Positions 54,863 through 64,000 of a DNA stretch of 64,000 nt are shown here, piece by piece. The notes beneath the pieces are model-generated. The model was not told the DNA's origin. It saw only the letters and a list, made by a program, of their open reading frames with translations, and did not search any database. Origin of the DNA: a gamma proteobacterium endosymbiont of Trioza apicalis (GTDB taxonomy: Bacteria > Pseudomonadota > Gammaproteobacteria > Enterobacterales > G022558485); the NCBI GenBank assembly GCA_022558485.1, contig CP066222.1, positions 89,930 to 153,929 on the forward strand, written 5' to 3'. The position numbers were made by a program, and so were the translations under genes. The first letter of the stretch is position 1, and every line of letters starts with the position of its first letter.

Positions 54863-57800
54863 TTAAATATTAAATTTTTTAAATAATTTATTATGTATTT
54901 CTTGTATAGAAATAACATTAGAATCAAAATTAGCTTTTAATGATTTTAATGTAGCAAAACTACCATTTAATGTAGTATCATAATAAACATTATATTGTAA
55001 TGCATTTTTACGAATTAATTTAGAATCTTCAATGGATTTCCTACCAGAAGCAGTATTAACAATATAAGTATATTCTCCATTTTTTATTCTATCTTGTATA
55101 TTAGGTCTACTTTCATTTAATTTATTAATTAAACGAGAATAAATACCTATTTTTTTTAAAACTAAATAAGTACCATAAGTTGCATCAATATTAAAATCAT
55201 TATTAATTAAGTTAATAACTAAATTAATTAATCTTTTTTTATCATTTTTATTAACTGATAATAATACACGACCACCTTTATTCAAATACGATTTATTACC
55301 ACATATTGCTTTAGCAAAAGCTTCAGCAAAAGTGTTTCCAATACCCATAACTTCACCAGTGGAACGCATTTCTGGACCAAGAATAGGATCTACACCTGGA
55401 AATTTATTAAAAGGTAAAACTGCTTCTTTAACTGAAAAATAAATTGGAATAACTTCTTTAGTCACACCTTGTTCTAACAAAGATTTTCCAATCATAACTC
55501 TAGCAGCAATTTTAGCCAAAGCTAAACCTGTAGCTTTAGAAACAAAAGGAACTGTTCTTGAAGCTCTAGGATTTACTTCAATAATATATATATCTTTATT
55601 TTTAATAGCAAATTGTGCATTCATTAAACCATTAATATTTAATGCTAAAGCTATCTTTTTAACTTGATTTCTTATATTATTTTTTATTTCTTCACTTAAA
55701 GTATAAGCTGGTAAAGAACAAGAGGAATCACCAGAATGCACACCAGCTTGCTCAACATGTTCCATGATACCACCTATTAATACATTAACACCATCACAAA
55801 CTGCATCAACATCAACTTCAATTGCGTTATTTAAAAATTTATCTAATAACACTGGAGCATTATTTGAAACATCAATGGCATTTTGAAAATAATATAATAA
55901 ATCATTATCATCATATACAATTTCCATAGCTCTACCACCTAAAACATATGAAGGACGAACTACTAAAGGATATCCAATAATATTTGCTTTTTCTAAAACC
56001 ATATCAGATTTTGTAACAGTTATATTTTTAGGTTGTTTAAATCCAAGGTTATTTATTATTTTTTGAAATTTTTTTCTATTTTCTGTTTTATCTATAACAT
56101 CAGAACCACTACCTATAATTAACACACCATTTAATTCTAAATCACGAGCTAATTTAAGTGGTGTTTGACCACCATATTGGACTATAACTCCCTTGGGTTT
56201 TTCAATACGTATAATTTCAAGTATATCTTCTAATGTTATAGGTTCAAAATAAAGTCTATCAGAAATATCATAATCAGTAGAAACTGTTTCAGGATTACAA
56301 TTAACCATAATAGTTTCATAACCGTCATTGCGCAATGCTAATGCGGCATGTACACAACAATAATCAAACTCAATACCCTGACCTATTCTATTTGGACCGC
56401 TACCAATAATCATAATTTTATTAGAATTATTATTTGGATTAGATTCACATTCATCATAATAAGTTGAATACATATAAGCAACATCAGTAGTAAATTCAGC
56501 AGCGCAAGTATCAATACGTTTATAAACTGGATGTAAATTATAAGATTTGCGTAATTTAAATATTTCAATTTCTTTAACATTAACTAAATAAGCAATTCTA
56601 GAATCTGCAAAACCTTTTTGTTTTAATAAACGTAAATAATTAATATTTAAGCAACTTAAACCTCTTTTTTTAATATTTTTTTCCAATTTTATTAATTCTT
56701 CAATTTGAATTAAAAACCATTTATCAATATTAGTTAATTTATATATTTCACTAAGAGACAAACCCAATCTAAAAGCATCAGCAATATACCAAATACGATC
56801 TCCGCCAGCATTTTTTAATTCATAATTTATAGTATTTAGTGATTTTAAATCATTAAGATTAATTTTAGAATTAAAACCATCTACACCAATTTCTAAACTA
56901 CGCAAAGCTTTTTGTAAAGACTCTTGTTGATTAGAGCCAATAGCCATAACCTCACCAACTGATTTCATTTGTGTACTTAAACGATCATTAATACCAACAA
57001 ATTTTTCGAAATTAAATCTTGGAATTTTAGTTACAACATAATCAATTGTTGGTTCAAATGAAGCTGGCATAAAACCATTAGTTATATCATTTTTTAATTC
57101 ATCCAAAGTATAACCTATTGCTAATTTTGCAGCAATTTTTGCTATAGGAAAACCAGTTGCTTTAGAAGCTAAAGCAGAAGAACGAGACACACGAGGATTC
57201 ATTTCTATAACAACTAATCTACCATTTTTTGGATTAACAGCAAATTGAACATTAGAACCTCCGGTTTCAACACCTATTTCTCTTAAAACGTTAATAGAAG
57301 CATTACGCATTATTTGATATTCTTTATCTGTTAAAGTTTGAGCAGGAGCAACAGTAATTGAATCTCCAGTATGAATACCCATAGGATCAATATTTTCAAT
57401 TGAACATACAATGATACAATTATCTTTACTATCTCTAATTACTTCCATTTCATATTCTTTCCAACCTATAAGAGACTCATCGATTAATAATTCATTTGTT
57501 GGAGATAAATTTAATCCACGTTCACAAATTTCTTCAAATTCTTCATTATTATAAGCAATACCACCACCGGTACCACCCATTGTAAAAGATGGACGTATAA
57601 TACATGGATAACCAATATAAGATACAATTTCTATAGCTTCTTTTAATGAATGAGCTATACCAGAACGAGGTGTTTGTAAACCAATTTTTTTCATTGCTTT
57701 ATCAAAAAAATACCTATCTTCTGCTTTTAAAATAGCATCAGAGGTAGCACCAATCATTTCTAAATTAAATTTTTTTAAAATACCCTTACGATTTAATTCT

Positions 57801-58099
57801 AACGCACAATTTAATGCAGTTTGTCCACCCATAGTAGGTAATAATGCATCAGGTTTTTCTTTTTCAATAATTTTACTAACTATTTTCCAATGAATTGGTT
57901 CAATATAAGTTACATCAGCCATATCAGGATCAGTCATTATAGTAGCAGGATTTGAATTTACTAAAATAATTTTATAACCTTCTTCACGCAAAGCCTTGCA
58001 TGCTTGTACACCAGAATAATCAAACTCACAAGCTTGTCCGATAACAATAGGTCCCGCACCTAATATTAAAATACTTTTAATATCTTTACGCTTTGACAT
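54863..58099 (-). CDS. carB: Carbamoyl-phosphate synthase large subunit
   Basis: 1078-aa ORF, highly conserved, with duplicated ATP-grasp halves ([43 protein letters not shown]). Confidence 0.98.
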   Translation of the reverse strand: MSKRKDIKSILILGAGPIVIGQACEFDYSGVQACKALREEGYKIILVNSNPATIMTDPDMADVTYIEPIHWKIVSKIIEKEKPDALLPTMGGQTALNCALELNRKGILKKFNLEMIGATSDAILKAEDRYFFDKAMKKIGLQTPRSGIAHSLKEAIEIVSYIGYPCIIRPSFTMGGTGGGIAYNNEEFEEICERGLNLSPTNELLIDESLIGWKEYEMEVIRDSKDNCIIVCSIENIDPMGIHTGDSITVAPAQTLTDKEYQIMRNASINVLREIGVETGGSNVQFAVNPKNGRLVVIEMNPRVSRSSALASKATGFPIAKIAAKLAIGYTLDELKNDITNGFMPASFEPTIDYVVTKIPRFNFEKFVGINDRLSTQMKSVGEVMAIGSNQQESLQKALRSLEIGVDGFNSKINLNDLKSLNTINYELKNAGGDRIWYIADAFRLGLSLSEIYKLTNIDKWFLIQIEELIKLEKNIKKRGLSCLNINYLRLLKQKGFADSRIAYLVNVKEIEIFKLRKSYNLHPVYKRIDTCAAEFTTDVAYMYSTYYDECESNPNNNSNKIMIIGSGPNRIGQGIEFDYCCVHAALALRNDGYETIMVNCNPETVSTDYDISDRLYFEPITLEDILEIIRIEKPKGVIVQYGGQTPLKLARDLELNGVLIIGSGSDVIDKTENRKKFQKIINNLGFKQPKNITVTKSDMVLEKANIIGYPLVVRPSYVLGGRAMEIVYDDNDLLYYFQNAIDVSNNAPVLLDKFLNNAIEVDVDAVCDGVNVLIGGIMEHVEQAGVHSGDSSCSLPAYTLSEEIKNNIRNQVKKIALALNINGLMNAQFAIKNKDIYIIEVNPRASRTVPFVSKATGLALAKIAARVMIGKSLLEQGVTKEVIPIYFSVKEAVLPFNKFPGVDPILGPEMRSTGEVMGIGNTFAEAFAKAICGNKSYLNKGGRVLLSVNKNDKKRLINLVINLINNDFNIDATYGTYLVLKKIGIYSRLINKLNESRPNIQDRIKNGEYTYIVNTASGRKSIEDSKLIRKNALQYNVYYDTTLNGSFATLKSLKANFDSNVISIQEIHNKLFKKFNI

Positions 58100-58100
58100 G

Positions 58101-59255
58101 TCAAACCTCCGACATGTTAAATTTTAAATGATATATTTTAATTAATTTAATAAAATAATTGAAAAATAAAGAAGCATCATGAGGCCCTGGACTACCTTCT
58201 GGATGACCTTGAAAACCAAATATCGGTTTATTAAAATAATGCAAACCTTGTAATGTTCCATCAAATAAAGAAGTATGAGTTATTTTAAATATATTAGGTA
58301 ATGTTTTCATATCAACTACAAATCCATGATTTTGACTAGTGATTATAACTTTACCTGTTATATGATCTTTTACTGGATGATTAGCACCATGATGTCCAAG
58401 TTTCATTTTAACTGTTTTTGCACCACCAGCTAAAGCTAAAAGTTGATAACCTAAACAAATACCAAATATAGGAATTTTTGTATTTAATAAAATTTTAATA
58501 TTTTTAATAGCATAATCACAAATAACAGGATCACCGGGACCATTAGATAAAAAAACACCATCAGGTTTAATTTTTAATATATCTTCAGCAGGAGTTTCAG
58601 CAGGAACAACTATTAATTCGCAACCCCGATCAACCAACATACGTAAAATATTTTGTTTTACACCATAATCATAAACAATAATTTTATAATATAATTCTTT
58701 TTTTTTTAATTTTGTATTTGTATTTAAAATATGTGAGCAATCATTCCAAATATATTGTTTAGATGTACTTACTTTTTTAACTAAATCAATATTATTTAAA
58801 TTTTTAAAATTTGAAATTTTATATTCAATACCTTTATTTTTTAAAATATCACCGCTAACAATATAACCTAATTGTGAACCTTTTTCACGAAGTAAATGAG
58901 TTAATTTACGAGTATCAATATTAGAAATTCCAATAATATTTTGTTTTTTTAAATAATCAGATAAAGATAATGAATTACGAAAATTACTAGATATTAAAGA
59001 TAAATTACGAATAATTATTCCTTTTACTTGAATTTTATTAGACTCATTATCAATTTTATTAGTTCCTGTATTACCAATATGAGGATAAGTAAATATAACA
59101 ATTTGACCATAATAAGACGGATCCGTTATAATTTCTTGATAACCTGTTATAGATGTATTAAAAACTAATTCACCAAATATTATTCCTGAAGCACCTATAG
59201 AACAACCTGTAAATTTTGTTCCATCTTTTAAAATTAATAATGCTAAATTTTTCAA
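58101..59255 (-). CDS. carA: Carbamoyl-phosphate synthase small (glutaminase) subunit
   Basis: 384-aa ORF colinear with E. coli CarA (ALL.L.DGT.F.G, TDPSY, GICLG.QLLALA.GAKT.KMK.GHHG.NHPV, FQGHPE.SPGPHD). It has a TTG start at 59255, as E. coli carA does, with a GGGGG Shine-Dalgarno 5-6 nt upstream. Its stop lies 1 nt before the carB ATG. Confidence 0.96.
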   Translation of the reverse strand: MKNLALLILKDGTKFTGCSIGASGIIFGELVFNTSITGYQEIITDPSYYGQIVIFTYPHIGNTGTNKIDNESNKIQVKGIIIRNLSLISSNFRNSLSLSDYLKKQNIIGISNIDTRKLTHLLREKGSQLGYIVSGDILKNKGIEYKISNFKNLNNIDLVKKVSTSKQYIWNDCSHILNTNTKLKKKELYYKIIVYDYGVKQNILRMLVDRGCELIVVPAETPAEDILKIKPDGVFLSNGPGDPVICDYAIKNIKILLNTKIPIFGICLGYQLLALAGGAKTVKMKLGHHGANHPVKDHITGKVIITSQNHGFVVDMKTLPNIFKITHTSLFDGTLQGLHYFNKPIFGFQGHPEGSPGPHDASLFFNYFIKLIKIYHLKFNMSEV

Positions 59256-59379
59256 AAAACCCCCATAAAATAAACCAACATAATATAAATTAAATACAAA
59301 TAAAAATTTTTATTTTAAAGATACTCATTCTTGTTGTCCAATTGAACACAATGAATTTTTTTTTAAATTTTATAAAAAA

Positions 59380-59838
59380 TTAATTAAAAATTAATAAAAA
59401 AAACCCACTTAAATAAATAATTAAATCTGAAAAATTAAATATTGGTGAATGCCAATTAATTATATGAAAATCAATAAAATCAATTATATAACCATAAAAT
59501 ATTCTATCTAAAAAATTATCTAACATACCAATAATAAATATAATTTGAATTATATCAAATAATTTATTATTTTTATTTAAAATAAAAATATTTTTTATTA
59601 ATTTAATAAAAATAATAATTGAAATAAATAATAAAAAATAATATTGACAATATGTATTTCCTATTAAAAAATTAAAACCACAACCTTTATTTAAAATATA
59701 TTTAAAATTAATAAAATTATTAATAAAATATAAGTTACCATATATATAATAATTTATTATATATTGTTTTATAATAAAATTAAATATTATTAAAATTAAT
59801 ATAAAAAAAAACAAAAAAGCATTTATTAAAATAATCAT
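59380..59838 (-). CDS. lspA: Lipoprotein signal peptidase (signal peptidase II)
   Basis: 152-aa membrane ORF 6 bp downstream of ileS, as in E. coli ileS-lspA. It has LspA-like motifs (NKGCGFNFL against NTGAAFSFL; DR..YGYIIDFIDF). Confidence 0.85.
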   Translation of the reverse strand: MIILINAFLFFFILILIIFNFIIKQYIINYYIYGNLYFINNFINFKYILNKGCGFNFLIGNTYCQYYFLLFISIIIFIKLIKNIFILNKNNKLFDIIQIIFIIGMLDNFLDRIFYGYIIDFIDFHIINWHSPIFNFSDLIIYLSGFFLLIFN

Positions 59839-59844
59839 TTTATA

Positions 59845-62661
59845 TTAAATAAATTTACGATTCTCACCAATACCAATAATATTAATAATACAACGTCCAC
59901 AAATTTCTTTATAAACATTATTTAAACCTATATCATTTTCATAATGCCAACAACGAGAACATTTTTTACCTTTTGCATTTAATAATTTTATCTTAAGCCC
60001 ATTAATAGTTTTACATGTTAAAGCATCATCTTCAGCATCAATAAAATTAAATATTTCAACTTTAGATGTTAAAAATATAAAATGTAATTCTTTTTCAAGT
60101 TTTTTTAATTTATTAGCTAATACAGGTTCAGCATATAATTTAATATGAGCTTCTAATGAACTAAATATTTTTTTATCTAAACGAGCTTTTTCTATAATTT
60201 TATTAGATTCATTGCGAATTTTAAATAATATTTTAAAATAATTATCATTTAAAAATTTTGAATTATCTATTTTAAATAAGCCATCATACCAGGTTTCAGT
60301 AAAAACAAATTTAGATCTATTACCTGGAATATATCTCCATATTTCATCAGCAGTAAATGGTATAATAGGAGCTAACCAACGAACTAATGCTTCAATATTA
60401 TGATACAATGCAGTTTGACAACTGCGTCTTGCAATACTATTTTTTTTTGTAGTATATTGACGATCTTTAATAATATCTAAATAAACAGAACCCATTTCTA
60501 AAGAACAAAAATTCATTATTATTTTGATAATTTTATTAAAATTATAATTATTATATTCATTAATAATTTCTATTTGGGATAAATAAGCCCTATTTACAGC
60601 CCAACGATCTAATAATAACATATTATCTGAATGAACAATATGTTTATCGGGATTAAAATCATTTAAATTAGCTAATAAAAACCGAGCAGTATTACGAATG
60701 CGACGATAATATTCTATAGAATGATTAAGAATTTTATTACATATTGACATATCATTAGTATAATTAGAAGAAGCAATACATAATCTTAAAATATCTGAGC
60801 CTAATTTATTAATTATTTCTTTAGGTTTTATTATATTACCTAATGATTTAGACATTTTAAACCCATGACCATCAACAACAAAACCATGAGTTAATACTTC
60901 ATTATAAGGTGAATTATTATTTATAATAGTAGAAATTATTAAAGAAGATAAAAACCAACCTCTATATTGATCATGACCTTCTAAATAAATATTAGATTTA
61001 AATTTTTTCAATTTTAAATCTTTTGTTATTATAGAGAAAAAAGTAGAACCAGAATCAAACCAAACATCTAATGTATCATTTACTTTTTTATAATATTTAG
61101 CATCATCACCTAAAATATCAGTTAAATTTAAATCCCACCAAGCTTGAATACCATAAATTTCAACACGTTGAGCTATTAATTCCATTAACTCAACAGTATT
61201 TGGATGTAATTTTTTTGTTTTTTTATGAACAAAAAAAGCCATAGGAACACCCCAAATGCGTTGTCTAGATACACACCAATCTAAGCGATTATTTATCATA
61301 ATTTTAATACGATCCTTACCCCACTTAGGAATCCAATTTACATTTTCAATTTCTAATAACAATTTTTTGCGTAAATTATACTTATCCATACTAATAAACC
61401 ATTGAGATGTTGAACGAAATATAATAGGTGTTTTATGACGCCAACAATATGGATAACTATGTTTTATTTTTAAAGTATGTAATAATGAATTAGAATTAAC
61501 TAATAAATTAATTATAATTTTATCAACATTAAATATATGTAAACCATCTAAAGAATTTAATGTATTAATGTGATATTTTCCATTGGGACCAATTGGATCA
61601 AAAAATTTTAAACCATATTTTTTACTAATAACGTAATCATCAATACCATGACAGGGAGATATATGAACAACACCTGTACCTATATCTAATGTAACATATT
61701 TACCAAGAATAACAGGTACATCATAATTCATAAATGGATGATTAAGTTTTATAAATTCTAAAAATTTACCTTTTACAATACCAAGATTTATCCATTTAGA
61801 AATCGATAACAAAGACATTATTTTTTTTACTAAATTACTAGCTAATATATAACATTGATTATCAATTTTAATTAATTGATAATCAAAATCAGGATGAATA
61901 ACAACAGCACGATTAGAAGGTAAAGTCCAAAGAGTAGTAGTCCAAATAATAAACGATATTTTACCTTCAAATTTATTTATTTTAAATATTTTTTCAATTT
62001 TATTATTATCAATTACATTAAATATAAAATATAAAGATAGTGAAATATGATCATTATATTCAACTTCAGTTTCAGCTAAAGCTGAACAACAATCTAAACA
62101 CCAATGAACTGGTTTAATACCTTTGTATAAATAACCATTTGAAATAACTTTACTAAATGAACGAATAATATTTGCTTCGGTTTTGTAATTCATTGTTAAA
62201 TAAGAATTTTTCCAATCACCCAAAACACCTAAACGTATAAAATCTCTTTTTTGTTTTAAAATCTGTTTTTTAGCATAATAACGACAAATATATCTAAATA
62301 TTTTATTATTTATTTTCTTTTTAAATTTATAAATTAATTTTTCCACATTAAGTTCAATTGGTAAACCATGACAATCCCAACCAGGTACATAAGATACATC
62401 ATAATTCATTAAATTTTTTGATTTAATAATAATATCTTTCAAAATTTTATTTACTGCATGCCCAATATGAATATCACCATTTGCGTAAGGCGGACCATCA
62501 TGTAAAATAAATTTTGTTTTATTTTTTTTTTTGAGTTTAATTTTTTCGTATAAATTATTTTTATACCAACGTTGCAATATTTTGGGCTCACTAATAGTCA
62601 AATTACCGCGCATAGGAAATTTTGTATAAGGTAAATTTAAAGTATTTTTATAATTAATCAT
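59845..62661 (-). CDS. ileS: Isoleucine--tRNA ligase
   Basis: 938-aa ORF, the same length as E. coli IleRS. It has HIGH (PYANGDIHIGHA), the CP1 editing signature WTTTLWTLPSN, KMSKS, and a C-terminal Zn finger (C.RCW...C.RC). Confidence 0.97.
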   Translation of the reverse strand: MINYKNTLNLPYTKFPMRGNLTISEPKILQRWYKNNLYEKIKLKKKNKTKFILHDGPPYANGDIHIGHAVNKILKDIIIKSKNLMNYDVSYVPGWDCHGLPIELNVEKLIYKFKKKINNKIFRYICRYYAKKQILKQKRDFIRLGVLGDWKNSYLTMNYKTEANIIRSFSKVISNGYLYKGIKPVHWCLDCCSALAETEVEYNDHISLSLYFIFNVIDNNKIEKIFKINKFEGKISFIIWTTTLWTLPSNRAVVIHPDFDYQLIKIDNQCYILASNLVKKIMSLLSISKWINLGIVKGKFLEFIKLNHPFMNYDVPVILGKYVTLDIGTGVVHISPCHGIDDYVISKKYGLKFFDPIGPNGKYHINTLNSLDGLHIFNVDKIIINLLVNSNSLLHTLKIKHSYPYCWRHKTPIIFRSTSQWFISMDKYNLRKKLLLEIENVNWIPKWGKDRIKIMINNRLDWCVSRQRIWGVPMAFFVHKKTKKLHPNTVELMELIAQRVEIYGIQAWWDLNLTDILGDDAKYYKKVNDTLDVWFDSGSTFFSIITKDLKLKKFKSNIYLEGHDQYRGWFLSSLIISTIINNNSPYNEVLTHGFVVDGHGFKMSKSLGNIIKPKEIINKLGSDILRLCIASSNYTNDMSICNKILNHSIEYYRRIRNTARFLLANLNDFNPDKHIVHSDNMLLLDRWAVNRAYLSQIEIINEYNNYNFNKIIKIIMNFCSLEMGSVYLDIIKDRQYTTKKNSIARRSCQTALYHNIEALVRWLAPIIPFTADEIWRYIPGNRSKFVFTETWYDGLFKIDNSKFLNDNYFKILFKIRNESNKIIEKARLDKKIFSSLEAHIKLYAEPVLANKLKKLEKELHFIFLTSKVEIFNFIDAEDDALTCKTINGLKIKLLNAKGKKCSRCWHYENDIGLNNVYKEICGRCIINIIGIGENRKFI

Positions 62662-62798
62662 AAAAATTATAAATCCATGTTATTTAAATTAATTTAAAAT
62701 TATAAAATAATACTTTTTAATATAAAAATATTTAAAAAAAAATTATGTTAATAATAATATATATTATTATTATATATCACAAATAATTTTTATTAATA

Positions 62799-63602
62799 TT
62801 AATGATATTTAAATAATAATTTAGCTAAATAACAATATTGTTCTATACTTAAATTTTCTGCTCTTAAATTAGGATTTATACCATAATTTATTAATTCTTT
62901 AATATTAAAAAATTTATTTAAACTATTTTTTAAAATTTTTCTTCTTTGATTAAAAACATATTTTAACAATTTATTTAATTTATAAGCTTCTTTATTTAAA
63001 AAATAAGGAAAATTAGGGATTAATTTAACCATTACTGATTCTACTTTAGGCATAGGTATAAAAGAAGTATTAGGTACTTCTAATAATTTAATTATTTTAA
63101 AGTAACATTGAGACATTATACTTAATCGATTATAATATTTAACATTAGGTTTAGCTGTTAAACGAAGAAAAACTTCTTTTTGTAATAAAAAATGCATATC
63201 TTTAATAATATTAACATAATTAAACATATGAAATATAAATGATATAGAAATATTATAGGGTAAATTACCAAATATACGAAGTGGTTTACCTATTTCAGAA
63301 GATAATTTTAAAAAATCAACTAACATAGCATTTTGATGTAGAATATTTAACTTAGAAGATAAAATTAATTGTTTTTTTAATTTAACTATTAAATTATAAT
63401 CTATTTCAATAACTGTAATATATTTTAAATTTGTAACTATTTTTTTTGTTAATGATCCAAGACCAGGTCCAATTTCTACCATTATATGATCTAATTTAGG
63501 ATTAATAATATCAACCATATTACTAATAATTTTTTTATCATGTAAAAAATGTTGACCTAAACATTTACGTATAAAATGTCCTTTATATGAATTAAAATTC
63601 AT
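62799..63602 (-). CDS. rsmA: 16S rRNA (adenine1518/1519-N6)-dimethyltransferase
   Basis: 267-aa ORF colinear with E. coli KsgA (LGQHFL.D, VEIGPGLG.LT, FGNLPYNIS, MLQKEV..RL, FNQRRK...NSL, RAENLS..QY). Confidence 0.93.
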   Translation of the reverse strand: MNFNSYKGHFIRKCLGQHFLHDKKIISNMVDIINPKLDHIMVEIGPGLGSLTKKIVTNLKYITVIEIDYNLIVKLKKQLILSSKLNILHQNAMLVDFLKLSSEIGKPLRIFGNLPYNISISFIFHMFNYVNIIKDMHFLLQKEVFLRLTAKPNVKYYNRLSIMSQCYFKIIKLLEVPNTSFIPMPKVESVMVKLIPNFPYFLNKEAYKLNKLLKYVFNQRRKILKNSLNKFFNIKELINYGINPNLRAENLSIEQYCYLAKLLFKYH

Positions 63603-63651
63603 TATTACCTTTAAAATAATTAATAATAAAATTAAAATATATCAATAAAAT

Positions 63652-64000
63652 TTATTACGTTGTCTAATAGTTTCAAATAAACATATAGCTGTAGCAACTG
63701 ATACATTAAGAGAAGAAACAGTTCCTAACATAGGAATTTTAATAAATTCATCACAATATTTACTAGTTAAATAACGAATGCCTTTATTTTCTGAACCCAT
63801 TACAAATGCTATAGGTCTATTTAATTTACTTTGATATAAAAATTTTTTAGTTTTTACAGTTGTGCCAATAATTCTGATATTAAATTTTCTTAAGATACAA
63901 AGAGTGCGAGATATATTAGTAACATAAATTAATGGTATAGCTTCCGAAGCACCACTAGATACTTTTTTTACTGTAGAATTTAATTTAACAGATTTATTAC
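63652..64000 (-). CDS. rlmB: 23S rRNA (guanosine2251-2'-O)-methyltransferase RlmB, C-terminal part (runs off the window)
   Basis: The minus-strand translation ends ..[57 protein letters not shown], against E. coli RlmB ..[53 protein letters not shown]. The 5' end lies beyond position 64000. Confidence 0.85.

Noticed and set aside
54118-54927. Three minus-strand ORFs (54118-54408, 54126-54314, 54670-54927) overlapping aspS and the aspS/carB junction
   Set aside because: They are antisense to aspS, and the last one runs into the carB 3' end. They are hydrophobic, low-complexity sequences with no start-site support or conserved motifs.

Overview
This window is an extremely AT-rich, gene-dense slice of a reduced gammaproteobacterial genome. 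By eye it is well over 80% A+T, and the intergenic spacers are almost pure A/T. The proteins are close to E. coli orthologues and several enterobacterial operons are recognisable, which points to an Enterobacterales-type obligate endosymbiont in the Buchnera/Wigglesworthia/Blochmannia class. I cannot name the organism from sequence alone.

I call 60 protein genes (one partial at the window edge), 1 decayed gene remnant and 7 tRNAs. All are housekeeping:
- Ribosomal proteins: S9, L13, L9, S18, S6, L21, L27, S1, L19, S16, L28, L33.
- Seven aminoacyl-tRNA synthetases: asnS, alaS, proS, tyrS, gltX, aspS, ileS.
- RNA-modification enzymes: tgt, rluC, rluD, rlmE, mnmA, tadA, trmB, rsmA, rlmB.
- Pyrimidine synthesis: carAB, pyrC, pyrD, pyrG.
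- Riboflavin synthesis: ribD, ribH.
- Respiration and proteolysis: cytochrome bo3 oxidase cyoABCD, ClpXP, FtsH.
- DNA metabolism: RecC, RecD, Rep, DnaQ.

Every ORF longer than about 100 aa that is not nested antisense inside a conserved gene is confidently assignable. The ORF track misses rpmG (57 aa). It also over-extends the N-termini of rplU, cyoD, proS, rep and rimM.

I see no mobile elements, CRISPR arrays, phage, defence, toxin or secondary-metabolite genes. I find no evidence for a novel multi-gene system in this window. The features worth a second look are all signatures of reductive evolution:
- alaS is cut by a nonsense codon to its aminoacylation half, and a still-recognisable decayed editing-domain remnant lies downstream.
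- trmD is cleanly excised from the rpsP-rimM-trmD-rplS operon.
- mnmA has conserved coding sequence upstream of its first canonical start codon, so it probably starts at ATT.
- A tRNA Glu-Asp-Trp cluster with a near-consensus promoter looks like an rrnC-type operon without its rRNA genes.
- The cyo operon lacks cyoE, and CyoA has lost its lipobox cysteine.
- None of the seven tRNA genes encodes a 3' CCA.
- Very long in-frame poly(A) runs lie inside essential genes.
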